DNA of 64,000 bases from Deltaproteobacteria bacterium (GTDB lineage: Bacteria > Myxococcota > JACRCW01): assembly GCA_016218805.1 (NCBI GenBank), contig JACRCW010000161.1:1-64000 (forward strand). The letters are read 5' to 3'. The translations under genes were made by a program, and so were the position numbers. Positions within the stretch are counted from its first letter, which is position 1; each line of letters begins with the position of its first letter. A model generated the notes under the pieces. It was not told the origin of the DNA. It worked only from the letters and a program-made list of their open reading frames with translations, and searched no databases. Shown piece by piece: positions 18,543 through 27,952 of this stretch.

Positions 18543-18908
18543 ATGGATCGCGTGCGCGGCGTGTACCTGCCGGTGGTGCTGGTGGTCATTGCCGTCCTGC
18601 TGGCACTGCTGGGCAGCCTCTCGGTGGACGACGGGCGGATGCTGGCTGCGCGCGCGCAGCAGATGGGATCCATGGAGTTGATCGGCCCGGCACCCAAGGC
18701 GCAGGCAGAGGCGCGCAAGCGCGTGGCGCTCAAGCGCGCCCACGCCGCATCCACCGAAGGCCTGGCGCTGTACGGCGCGGCCATGCTGCTGGGCGCCGCC
18801 GCGGCGCTGTTGCTCCTGTTCCACCTCCGTTACTTCCGCCCCGAGGAGGAGGTCGCCCTGGTGGCCCCGCCCACGGGCGCGGGTCCCGCGGGTCCGCCCG
18901 GCTCGTGA
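18543..18908 (+). CDS. Small two-TM hypothetical protein
   Basis: Two hydrophobic segments; GTGA overlap with the next gene. Confidence 0.65.
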   Translation: MDRVRGVYLPVVLVVIAVLLALLGSLSVDDGRMLAARAQQMGSMELIGPAPKAQAEARKRVALKRAHAASTEGLALYGAAMLLGAAAALLLLFHLRYFRPEEEVALVAPPTGAGPAGPPGS

Positions 18909-20044
18909 GCCTGCCTTCCCAGCAGCAGTCCCTGGTGGACGCGGTGTGCGCCGCCGCGTTGGCTGAGGCGCGCGCGCACCTGGCCGCGCGCCTGGGCCGG
19001 GCCGCGTCACAGGCAGCGCTGGACGCGCGGCTGGCGGACGGCCTGCGCGAGCTCAATGCCCTGCTGACGAGCCACCGCGCGGAGCGCCACCGGGACTATC
19101 TGTCCGACCCGCGGCTGCAGCTGGCATACCTGGCGCACCACCTGCCCATGCATGCCGCCAAGGTGGCGCTGCTGGTGCAGGAGAATATTGGGCCGCGGCC
19201 GGAGGGGGAGCTGCGCATCCTGGACGTGGGGGCGGGCCCGCTGTCCGGGGCGCTGGGCGTGGGGGCCGCGCTGGGCCAGCCCGCGCGCGTGGTGGCCCTG
19301 GACCGCGTGGGGGCCATGATGCGCGTGGGCGCCGGGGTGCTGGCGCGGTTGGCGCCGGGGGTGCGCGCAGAGCTGGTGGTGGAGGGGGTACAGGCGGCGG
19401 CGGGGCTGGCGCGCCGGCACCGGCCGCACGTGGTGGTGCTGGCCAACGTGGTGGGGGAGCTGGGCACCGGTGGCCGCGCGCTGGATGAGCGGGCGGCGCT
19501 GCTGCGCGGGCTGCTGGAGGCGCTGGAGCCCTCCGCGCACCTGCTGGTGCTGGAGCCCGGCACGCGCATCCATGCAGGGGAACTGGTGGCGGTGCGCGAG
19601 CGCCTGTTGCGGACAGCCGGGGTCCACGTGCATGCGCCCTGCGTGGGCGTGCCGGCCTGCCCCCTGGCCGGTGGGCGGGACTGGTGCCACGCCGACCGGT
19701 GGGTCCAGTGGCCGGCGGACTACGCCGCGCTGGCCGCGCGCGCGGGCATCCGCGCCGCCGCGCTCAAGTTCTCCTTCCTCTGGCTGTCGCGCTCACCGGC
19801 GCCGGCGCGGCCGGGGCTGCTGCGGCTCATTGGCGGGCCCATGTCACCGCGGCCGGCAACCACGCTGCGCTACGCCTGCGGCCCGCGCGGCCGCGTCACG
19901 CTGTCCGCCCGCGACCCCGCCGCCCAACGCCTCCTGGCGGCCCCCCCCCGTGGCGCGCTGTTCGCCCCCGGGGCCAACGTCGAGCAGACCGTGGAAGGCC
20001 CACCCCAGCCTACACGCGGGCGCAGGCGGCGGCGGCCGTCTTGA
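18905..20044 (+). CDS. Rsm22-family SAM-dependent methyltransferase
   Basis: AYLAHHLP, ILDVGAGP, LVLEPGT, APC....CPL....DWCH, KFSFL. Confidence 0.85.
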   Translation: MSLPSQQQSLVDAVCAAALAEARAHLAARLGRAASQAALDARLADGLRELNALLTSHRAERHRDYLSDPRLQLAYLAHHLPMHAAKVALLVQENIGPRPEGELRILDVGAGPLSGALGVGAALGQPARVVALDRVGAMMRVGAGVLARLAPGVRAELVVEGVQAAAGLARRHRPHVVVLANVVGELGTGGRALDERAALLRGLLEALEPSAHLLVLEPGTRIHAGELVAVRERLLRTAGVHVHAPCVGVPACPLAGGRDWCHADRWVQWPADYAALAARAGIRAAALKFSFLWLSRSPAPARPGLLRLIGGPMSPRPATTLRYACGPRGRVTLSARDPAAQRLLAAPPRGALFAPGANVEQTVEGPPQPTRGRRRRRPS

Positions 20045-20097
20045 TGGTGCGGTCCGGCGTGGTTAGCATCGCCCCAGACGCGGCGTGATCCCATGCC

Positions 20098-23000
20098 GTG
20101 CATGACCAGCTTCGGCCGCCCGGCCGCGGGATTATCGTGCCATACGGCTCCTCCACACGTTCGCGCCTCGGGCGCTTCTTCGCGGTCCTTTCGCGCCTGG
20201 GGGTGCTGGCGCTGCTGCTGGGCGCGGCGGCGGGCGTGCGCACCCAGGCGTCCCTGGAGCATTCGCTGGCGGAAGGCGGCCTGGGCGGGCCCGCGCTGGG
20301 CGGTGCGTCCGACGCAGACGACGACGATGGGGAGTACAAGCTCTCCAGTCTGCGCATCCTCAACCGCGCGGTGCTCCACATCAAGGAGCAGTACGTGGAC
20401 CCCAAGCGCGTGGTCCCGCGGGACATGCTGCTGTCCGGGTTGGAGGCCATTGAGAAGCAGGTGGCCGAAGTGATGGTGGAGGAATCCGCCGCCAAGGACG
20501 CGGTGCTGGTGTCCGTGGGGGCGGAGCAGAAGTCATTTGACATCAAGAACGTGGACAGCCTGTGGGAGATGAGCTTCAAGCTGCGTGACGTGCTGCGCTT
20601 TGTGGAGCCGCGCCTGCAGCCGGACCAGGACAAGCGCGACGTGGAGTACGCCACCATCAACGGCATGCTGTCCACGCTGGACCCGCATTCCGTGCTGCTC
20701 CCGCCCAGCGTCTTTGAAGAGATGAAGATGACCACCCAGGGCGAGTTTGGCGGCCTGGGCATTGTCATTGGCCTGCGTGACGGCGCGCTCACCATCATCA
20801 GCCCCATGGACGGGACCCCCGCGGCCGAGGTGGGCCTGGAGGCCAAGGACCAGATCACCAAGATTGGGGACGAGTCCACCATCAACATGGCGCTGGACGA
20901 GGCGGTCAAGCGCCTGCGCGGCAAGCCCGGGACGCAGGTCACCATCTGGGTGCTGCGCAAGGGGTGGACGGAACCGCGCCGGTTCGCCATCACGCGCGCC
21001 ATCATCAAGATCGTCAACGTGACGCACAAGCTGCTGCCGGACAACGTGGGCTGGGTGAAGGTCAAGAACTTCCAGCAGGACACCGCCAGTGACGTGCAGG
21101 ACGCCATCCGCACCATGCGCACCGCCGCGGGCGGCGCGCTGGCCGGCCTCATCCTGGACCTGCGCAACAACCCCGGCGGCCTGTTGGAGCAGGCGGTGGA
21201 CCTGTCTGACCTGTTCCTGGACACCGGCGTGATTGTCAGCACCGTGGGCGAGGGTGACCGCGTCCGCGAGGAGAAGACCGCGCGCTGGGCGGGCACCGAG
21301 CGCGACCTCCCCGTGGTGGTGCTGGTCAATGGCGGCAGCGCGTCGGCGTCAGAGATTGTGGCCGGGGCGCTCAAGAACAATGACCGGGCGCTGGTGGCGG
21401 GCACCACAACGTTTGGCAAGGGAAGCGTGCAGACGCTGCTCAACTTCAAGGACAACAGCGCGCTGAAGCTGACCATTGCGCAGTACCTGACGCCCGGTGA
21501 CATCTCCATCCAGTCCATTGGCATCACGCCGGACGTGGAGCTGGCGCCGGTCAGCGTGGGCAAGGAGTCCGTGGACCTGTTCCCGGACACCTCCGGCGGC
21601 CGCGAGAAAGACCTGGACAAGCACCTGGAGGACGCCCGCACGCGGACCTCCAAGCCCTCGCTGGTGGTGCGCCACCTGGAAGACCCGCCCGGCGAGGACG
21701 ACGAGAAGGACGCCCGCGAGGTGGGCGACAAGTTCAAGAGCGACTTTGAGATTGAGTTTGCGCGCGGGACGCTGCTGCGCGGCGGTGCCGAGGGCCGGAC
21801 GCGCAAGGCGCTGCTGGAAGCGGCCGAGCAGTTTGCCGCAGGCGCGGTGGCGGAGCAGGAAGGCAAGCTGGTGGAGGTGCTCAAGGGTCTGGGCGTGGAC
21901 TGGACCGCGCCGGCGCCGCTGGAGGGCCGCGAGCCCGCCCGCCTCACCGCGCGCGTGCTGGGACCCGTCACCGCCACGGCGGGCGAGAGCCTGGAACTGC
22001 GCGTGGAGGTGCAGAATGATGGGCCGGGCACGGTCCACCGCCTGCGCGCGGCCACGGAGAGCGACAACACCTTCTACGCGGACCGCGAGTTGTTGTTCGG
22101 GCGGCTGGCTCCGGGCGAGAAGCGCGAGTGGACCGTCAAGGTGAAGCTGCCCAAGGACATGCCGGCGCGCGCGGACGAGGTGAAGGTGGTGTTCCACGAG
22201 GCGGGCGACCGGGTGCCCGCACCGCTGGAGGTCCGCACGCTGGTGAAGGACCTGCCGCGGCCGGCGTTCCGCTACACGGTGTTCCTGGATGACGGGAAGG
22301 GCAACGGGGACGGACAGCTGCAGCCGGGTGAGTCCGCGGACCTGGTGCTCACGGTCACCAACGACGGGCCGGGCGTGGCCGAGGAACCGCTGGTCCTCCT
22401 CAAGAACATGGGTGGCCGGGAGCTGTTCATCAAGGAGGGCCGCGCCAAGCTGGAGAAGCTGGCGGCGGGACAGTCCGTGACGGCGCACGTGGCCTTTGAG
22501 GCGCAGCCGGACGTGAAGCGCCAGGTGGAGATGCGGCTGACCGTGATGGACAGCGCCATGGCGGAGTACCTGAGCGAGAAGTTTGTGTTCCCCGTGGTGG
22601 ACAGCCGCCCGCCGGTGAAGCCGGGGCGCCAGGGTGCCACGGTGACCGCGGACACCCCCCTGCTGGCGGCGGCCGTGCCCTCCGCGGCGCCGGTGGCGCG
22701 GCTGCGCAAGGGCGCGCACGTGGCGGTGGACCGGATGGTGGCGGAATACGCGCGCGTGGACCTGGGCGAGGGCCGGTTTGGGTTCCTCCCGTTCTCCGCG
22801 CTGCGCCTGGGCGGCGCCAAGGACGCGCCCAAGGGTGCGCCCCCCGGGGTCACCTGGCTGGTGCACCACCGCGCGCCGGACGTCAGCGTCATGGGACCGC
22901 CGCCCGGCACCACCACGGCCAAGGGCGCCCTGGCGCTGTCCGCCAGCGTGGCGGACCCGCGGGGACTCAAGGACACCTACGTGTTTGTGAATGACCAGAA

Positions 23001-23220
23001 GGTCTTCTACCGCTCGCTGGCGGGCGCGGCGGGGCAGCCCGCCTCCACGCAGGCGCGCCTGGAAGCGCAGCTGCCACTGAAGAAGGGCACCAACTACGTG
23101 AGCCTGGTGGTGCGCGTGGACAATGAGCTGACCGCGCGGCGCATCCTGGTCATCCACCGGGACCAGGAACCGGAGACAGCGCAGCGGCCCGCGCAGGACA
23201 ACGGGCTCCGGCACCGCTGA
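20098..23220 (+). CDS. S41 carboxy-terminal processing protease, MXAN_5808-type with C-terminal extensions
   Basis: LDPHS, PDZ GEFGGLG, DLRNNPGG, SASASEIVAG, FGKGSVQ, long Ig-like C-terminus; start uncertain. Confidence 0.93.
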   Translation: MHDQLRPPGRGIIVPYGSSTRSRLGRFFAVLSRLGVLALLLGAAAGVRTQASLEHSLAEGGLGGPALGGASDADDDDGEYKLSSLRILNRAVLHIKEQYVDPKRVVPRDMLLSGLEAIEKQVAEVMVEESAAKDAVLVSVGAEQKSFDIKNVDSLWEMSFKLRDVLRFVEPRLQPDQDKRDVEYATINGMLSTLDPHSVLLPPSVFEEMKMTTQGEFGGLGIVIGLRDGALTIISPMDGTPAAEVGLEAKDQITKIGDESTINMALDEAVKRLRGKPGTQVTIWVLRKGWTEPRRFAITRAIIKIVNVTHKLLPDNVGWVKVKNFQQDTASDVQDAIRTMRTAAGGALAGLILDLRNNPGGLLEQAVDLSDLFLDTGVIVSTVGEGDRVREEKTARWAGTERDLPVVVLVNGGSASASEIVAGALKNNDRALVAGTTTFGKGSVQTLLNFKDNSALKLTIAQYLTPGDISIQSIGITPDVELAPVSVGKESVDLFPDTSGGREKDLDKHLEDARTRTSKPSLVVRHLEDPPGEDDEKDAREVGDKFKSDFEIEFARGTLLRGGAEGRTRKALLEAAEQFAAGAVAEQEGKLVEVLKGLGVDWTAPAPLEGREPARLTARVLGPVTATAGESLELRVEVQNDGPGTVHRLRAATESDNTFYADRELLFGRLAPGEKREWTVKVKLPKDMPARADEVKVVFHEAGDRVPAPLEVRTLVKDLPRPAFRYTVFLDDGKGNGDGQLQPGESADLVLTVTNDGPGVAEEPLVLLKNMGGRELFIKEGRAKLEKLAAGQSVTAHVAFEAQPDVKRQVEMRLTVMDSAMAEYLSEKFVFPVVDSRPPVKPGRQGATVTADTPLLAAAVPSAAPVARLRKGAHVAVDRMVAEYARVDLGEGRFGFLPFSALRLGGAKDAPKGAPPGVTWLVHHRAPDVSVMGPPPGTTTAKGALALSASVADPRGLKDTYVFVNDQKVFYRSLAGAAGQPASTQARLEAQLPLKKGTNYVSLVVRVDNELTARRILVIHRDQEPETAQRPAQDNGLRHR

Positions 23221-23271
23221 GGTTCCATGCTATGGCTGGGCGGTCGTCCGCACAGCCCAGGAGGCACGGAC

Positions 23272-23754
23272 ATGAGCGCGGCGCTGTTCTCGGTGCTTCT
23301 TCTCGTCGTAGACAGTCAGGCCCCCGTGGCCGCTCCGCCGCCGCCGCCCGCGGCGGCTCCGGCACCTGAGCCCGCACCGCCCCCGGCCGCCGCGCCCGCG
23401 GAGAGTTCCTCCCCCAAGCAGGCCGCCCCGCCGGTGCCCTGGAAGCTGATCACCAAGATCACATCGGTGGTGGCCTATGGCGTGTGGGTGGGGCTGTGGA
23501 CGCTGGCCGTGCCGGTGGGCGCCGTGGGGTTGGTGCTCATTGGCCTGGCGCGCGGGTCCGGGGACGCGGGACCGGGCGCGGGCGGCGCCGTGCTGCTGGT
23601 GGCATCCGCCGCGCTGGGCTTGATTGGCGTGGGGGCATTGGCCGCGGGTGCCGGGTTTGGCGTGGGCACCACGGTGTTCCAGCTGCTCAAGCCGGACCAC
23701 GAGGCCGCCGACGCCATGCTGACCATGTTCCTGCCGCGCACCATCCTATTGTGA
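23272..23754 (+). CDS. Hypothetical membrane protein with Pro-rich linker
   Basis: AGGAGG RBS; Pro/Ala linker followed by hydrophobic segments. Confidence 0.7.
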   Translation: MSAALFSVLLLVVDSQAPVAAPPPPPAAAPAPEPAPPPAAAPAESSSPKQAAPPVPWKLITKITSVVAYGVWVGLWTLAVPVGAVGLVLIGLARGSGDAGPGAGGAVLLVASAALGLIGVGALAAGAGFGVGTTVFQLLKPDHEAADAMLTMFLPRTILL

Positions 23755-24924
23755 TCAGTCGCGGCACAATGCGCGCGCAATGACCAGGTGTTGCACCTCG
23801 CTGGTGCCTTCATAGATGCGCAGCGCGCGCACCTCCCGGTACAGCCGCTCCACCACGCTGCCTGCCATCACCCCCTCACCGCCGTGGATCTGCACGGCGT
23901 CATCCACAATGCGGCCCGCCGCCTCCGTGGCAAACAGCTTGGCCTGGCTCACCGCGCCGGTGGCGTCTCCGCCCGCGTCCACCTCCGCGCACGCGCGCGC
24001 CGCCAGCAGCTGCGCCGCCGCCAGGTCCGTGGCCATGCGCGCCAGCTTCTGCCCAATGAGCTGGTGCTCCCACAGCGGCTTGCCAAACTGCTTGCGCGTC
24101 CGCGCCCGCGTGATGGATTCGGCCAGCGCGCGGCGGGCCATGCCACAGGCGGCCGCCGCCACCGACGGACGGCAGACGTCCAGCGCCCGCAACGCCGTCC
24201 GCATCCCCGTGCCCTCCTCCCCCAGGCGGTGCGCCGCGGGGACCCGCACGCCGTCCAGGTGCACTTCGCCCAGCGGGTGGGGTGCCATGGGCGCCTGCGG
24301 CACCACGGACAGGCCCGGCGCGCTGCGCTCCACCGCAAACGCTGAGATGCCGCGCGCGCCGTCCCCGCCCGTGCGCGCAAACACGACGAGCAGGTCCGCC
24401 ACCGTGGCCTGGCTGATGAAGCGCTTGTGCCCGTGCAGGACGTAGGCGTCACCCGTGCGCGTGGCGCGGGTGGCCAGCGCCGCCACGTCACTGCCGGCCT
24501 CCGGTTCCGTGAGCGCAAACGCCGTGATGGTCCGCCCCGCGGCCACCCCGGGCAGCCAGCGCGCGCACTGCTCCGGCGTCCCGGCCAGGCTGATGGGCAG
24601 GCTCCCCAGCGCCTGCATCACGAGCACCAGGTCCGCCACGCCGCAGGCGCCTGCCAGGGATTCGCGCAGGACCGCCAGCGCGCGCGTGTCCAGCGCCGCG
24701 CGTGTCTCCACCGCCAGGCCGCCGTGGACCACCGGCACGCAGTAACGGGTGAACCCCGCGCCGGAGATGAGGCCCAGCAGCGCGCGCGCGTCGTCGTCGG
24801 TGCGGGCATCCGCGCGGGGCGCCACCTCGCGCGTGACAAACTCCTCCACAGTCCGTGCAAACGCCCGGTGGCCGTCGGCCAGGTAGGGCGTGTCCGTGAT
24901 GCGGGGCAGCGCCGCGGGGCTCAC
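23755..24924 (-). CDS. Acyl-CoA dehydrogenase
   Basis: AFALTEPEAGSD, GHKRFIS, RKQFG, AVQIHGG, RIYEGTSEVQ. Confidence 0.95.
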   Translation of the reverse strand: MSPAALPRITDTPYLADGHRAFARTVEEFVTREVAPRADARTDDDARALLGLISGAGFTRYCVPVVHGGLAVETRAALDTRALAVLRESLAGACGVADLVLVMQALGSLPISLAGTPEQCARWLPGVAAGRTITAFALTEPEAGSDVAALATRATRTGDAYVLHGHKRFISQATVADLLVVFARTGGDGARGISAFAVERSAPGLSVVPQAPMAPHPLGEVHLDGVRVPAAHRLGEEGTGMRTALRALDVCRPSVAAAACGMARRALAESITRARTRKQFGKPLWEHQLIGQKLARMATDLAAAQLLAARACAEVDAGGDATGAVSQAKLFATEAAGRIVDDAVQIHGGEGVMAGSVVERLYREVRALRIYEGTSEVQHLVIARALCRD

Positions 24925-26024
24925 TCGTCCTCTTCCTCGTCGTCGTCGGCGGCGGCGGACGCGCCCTTCTTCTTGCGCGCGGGGGGATCATCCTCCACGT
25001 CACCGCCGCCACCGCCGCCGCCACCACGCAGGAAGAACAGCGCACCGGTCACCCCACCCCCGATGAGCAGCGAGACCAGGGACCCGCACCCCACCGCGAA
25101 GCAGGGCGCGGAACAACAGAACATGCCCGCCAGCGCGGCATAGCCGTTGTTGTTGCTGGCCGCGCCGCCAATCAGCATGCCCACCGGCAGGCCCACCACG
25201 CCTCCCAGGCACCCCAGCGCGGTGCCGCACGCGGCCACGCCGTTGGCCGCAGCGGAGGCGATCCACCCAAAGCGTCTGCCCGCACTCGGGGTCTGGCCGT
25301 CGTCGTCCGCGCTCTTCTTCTTGGGGGCCTTCTTCGCCTTGGTCTTCTTCTTCTTGGGCTGGTCTTCGTCGTCCTCGTCCTCATCATCTGACGCCTTGGA
25401 GCCGTGACCCGCCGGCTCCAGGTGGGCCGCGGGCTCCTCCGCCGGTGCCGCAGCCGCGGGGTCCGCCGCGGGTGGCGGGGGCTGCCCCTCCGCCGTGGGC
25501 CAGTTGCTCACGCGCCCCAGCTGGATGCCCACCGCCCGGCCAAACCGCGTGGCCAGCCGCTGCACGGCCTCCAGCAGCTTGCGCTCATCCTTCCCCGGCA
25601 CCGTCTCCTGGTCCGCCGCCACCGGCACGCCGCCAGCGGTGACGTCCACCAGCTTCACCAGGATGAGAAACGCGGAGCCCACCTTGGCAAACCGCGTGGT
25701 GATGAGGTGCCTGACCCCCAGCGCGCCGCCCAGTTCCGCCAGGCAACTCCCGCTTTCACACCCCACCAGCTGCTTCTGCTTTTCAAAGCCCACCGTGGCG
25801 GCCAGGTCAGACTGGGACACCGTGTTGAGCATGCTGGCCCGGGCAAACGACACTTGGAAGCTGTCCAGCAGCGTCTCCGCCATCTTGGGGTCCAGGCCCG
25901 CCGCGTCCACCAGGACAATGGCTACGTCCGCCGTTGCGGCCCGCGCCCCGGGCGCTCCTCCCAACATCAGGAGCAACGCCACCCAGAACCGCCAGAGTCC
26001 AGCCACACCCCGGGACCCGCCCAT
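24921..26024 (-). CDS. Hypothetical secreted/membrane protein (CsgG/TolB-N-like N-terminal domain, charged linker, C-terminal TMs)
   Basis: Signal peptide; KQLVGC..SCLAELGGALG motif; acidic/basic linker; Cys-containing TM region; start uncertain. Confidence 0.65.
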   Translation of the reverse strand: MGGSRGVAGLWRFWVALLLMLGGAPGARAATADVAIVLVDAAGLDPKMAETLLDSFQVSFARASMLNTVSQSDLAATVGFEKQKQLVGCESGSCLAELGGALGVRHLITTRFAKVGSAFLILVKLVDVTAGGVPVAADQETVPGKDERKLLEAVQRLATRFGRAVGIQLGRVSNWPTAEGQPPPPAADPAAAAPAEEPAAHLEPAGHGSKASDDEDEDDEDQPKKKKTKAKKAPKKKSADDDGQTPSAGRRFGWIASAAANGVAACGTALGCLGGVVGLPVGMLIGGAASNNNGYAALAGMFCCSAPCFAVGCGSLVSLLIGGGVTGALFFLRGGGGGGGGDVEDDPPARKKKGASAAADDDEEEDE

Positions 26025-26095
26025 GCCACCTCCGCAGGGGAGGCATTCTCCGGTGCAGACCCGCGGTCGCACAACTGCCCGGGGGGCCGGTGACC

Positions 26096-27595
26096 TTAGC
26101 GCCCCTTCCAGTGGCGGATGGCTTCGCGGTCCGGCCCGAACCGGAACTGCGGCGTCAGCTCCCGCGTGTGGCAGTTGCGGCACAGCCGCTCACCCGCACC
26201 GCGCTCAATGTTGTCCCGCCCGCCCTGCTCAGCCACGTGGTTGCGGCCGGGACCGTGGCAGGCTTCGCACTGCACTTCAGCAAAGCCGCCCATGCGCGCC
26301 GGGTCCCGGAAGCCCCCCGCCGTGCCAAACGCTGTGGAGTGGCAGCCCACGCATTCGCGGTCCATGTCCTGCGCGGTCTTGCGCAGGCTGGCCATGGCGC
26401 GGCTGTGGCGCGTGTTGAGCCACGAAGTGAACTCCTGCTCATGGCAGGACGTGCACGCGCGGCTGCCGGCAAACGGGCTGCCCGGCGGCGGCTCCCCCTG
26501 CGGGGTCATCTGGTCCAGCAGCTGGCTTTCGCGCTCCGCGTTGCGGCGCTGGTAGGCCGCCACTTCCGCCGCCACCACGGGGTCCTCCGGCAGGGAGAGC
26601 TCCATGGCCACCGGTTCAAAGTCCAGGCGGGACCGCGCCTGGTCCGCCGTGATCTGCGCTTCCAGCGCCTGGAGCTCCGCACGCAGGCGCGCGTCCTCGC
26701 CGGACTGCAGCTTCCGGCGCAGGTTCTCCGCCCCCACGCGCGTGCGCTGGTAGTCCTCACCGCCCAGCAGGGTCCGCTCTCCCGCGCGCACGTGCACCGT
26801 GGCCCGCGCCAGGTACTTGCCGCCCTTGCCACCGCTGAGCACCACGCTGGCCGCCGGCTCCCCGTTCAGCACCACCCGCCGGGGCGCAAACATCAGGTGC
26901 CCGCCGTGGCCCGTGACAACCAGCGAGAACCCACCCGCTTCAGCGGCCCACGCCGCGGCGGTGTCCACCGTGGTGTGGGCCAGCAGGATGGCCAGGTCAT
27001 GCGCCTGCGCGCGCGCCAGCGCCTCCCGCAGCGCCGGCACCGCCGGCGTGGCGTTCAATGACAGGCCCGCGGGCCACAGCGCCGGGTCGGTGGCCCCCAC
27101 AAGCAGCACGCGCAGCCCCGCAACCTCCCGCACCGCGTGCGGCGGAAAAGCGGGCTTGCCCTCCTTGTCCACCAGGTTGGCCGCAATGGCCGGCAGCGCG
27201 TTGCGCGCCACCACGTCACGCATCCAGCGCGCGTTGTCGCCCGCGTCCAGGTCACCCGGCACAAACGCGTCCAGGAACCGCCCGTAGGACCGCGCCACCA
27301 CCTCCGCCTTGTCGCCGTACTGCTGGCGCACCGGCGCGGGGATGGGCAGCCCCTTGAGAAACGCGTCTCCCACGTCCAGGGCCAGCGTGGGGCCCCGGCG
27401 CCGTTCGTCCTCCACCAACCTTGCGTGCCTGGCCAGACCGCCAAGCGGGCGCTTGGGTCAACCGCAGGGGGCCAGCTCACCGTCCCGGCTGCTGGACAGG
27501 ATGATGCTGAACACCTTCAGGTCATTGACCGGTGCGCCCGCTGACGTTGCCGAAACCACCAGGGCCAGTGCAGCGAGCCGTGACGCGTTGTTCAT
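26096..27595 (-). CDS. Putative selenoprotein: UshA-like metallophosphoesterase-fold domain fused to a tetraheme cytochrome c (UGA at 27460-27458 read as Sec)
   Basis: ORF 27595-27458 (signal peptide ...GELAPCG*) is in frame with ORF 27418-26096, bridged by UPKRPLGGLARHARL; LDVGD, AANL, LLAH, TGH motifs; CTSCH, CVGCH, CEACH, CRNCH heme sites. Confidence 0.85.
27421..27457 (-). promoter_or_regulatory. Bacterial SECIS-like hairpin
   Basis: After UGA: 11 nt, then stem GCUUGGC, loop GGUCUG, stem GCCAGGC; G-first loop similar to the fdhF-type GGUCU apex. Confidence 0.7.
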
Positions 27596-27873
27596 GGCCG
27601 CGCAGTCTACGCAGGCCCCGGGCGGTGTGGGAAGCGGCACCGCTTGCCCGGGGCGGCGTCGCCGCGAGGAACCTCGCCTTTCAATGGGGAACCACTGGCG
27701 AGCACGCCGTTACCAGAACCCACCACCCCGCGACGCGCACGGCTCGCCGCCAGGGCTGGCATGGTGCGAGGGCGGCGGCTCGCGGGTTCGGCTTGGGCAG
27801 GGATGGCGAGGGACCGGCCGGAAACGCGCCGCACCGCTGCCGGCAGGACCTGGTCACCCGGCTTTGGGCAGAA

Positions 27874-27896
27874 AGTGTCTCGAATTATGAGACACT
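27874..27896. promoter_or_regulatory. Palindromic transcription-factor site
   Basis: AGTGTCTC-gaattat-GAGACACT perfect 8-bp inverted repeat with AT-rich spacer, in an intergenic region. Confidence 0.55.
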
Positions 27897-27952
27897 CGTG
27901 CGCGGACAGGGCTGAAGGCCCGTCCCGGTAGGGTGGCGGACATTCATTCAGT

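Noticed and set aside
20010..23214. Long minus-strand ORFs opposite the S41 protease, and similar shadow ORFs throughout the window
   Set aside because: Typical high-GC antisense or off-frame ORFs with Arg/Ala/Pro-rich composition and no motifs
27458..27640. Standalone 60-aa ORF, or a nonsense pseudogene interpretation
   Set aside because: In-frame continuation, CxU context and a SECIS-like hairpin are better explained by selenocysteine read-through, pending confirmation of sel genes
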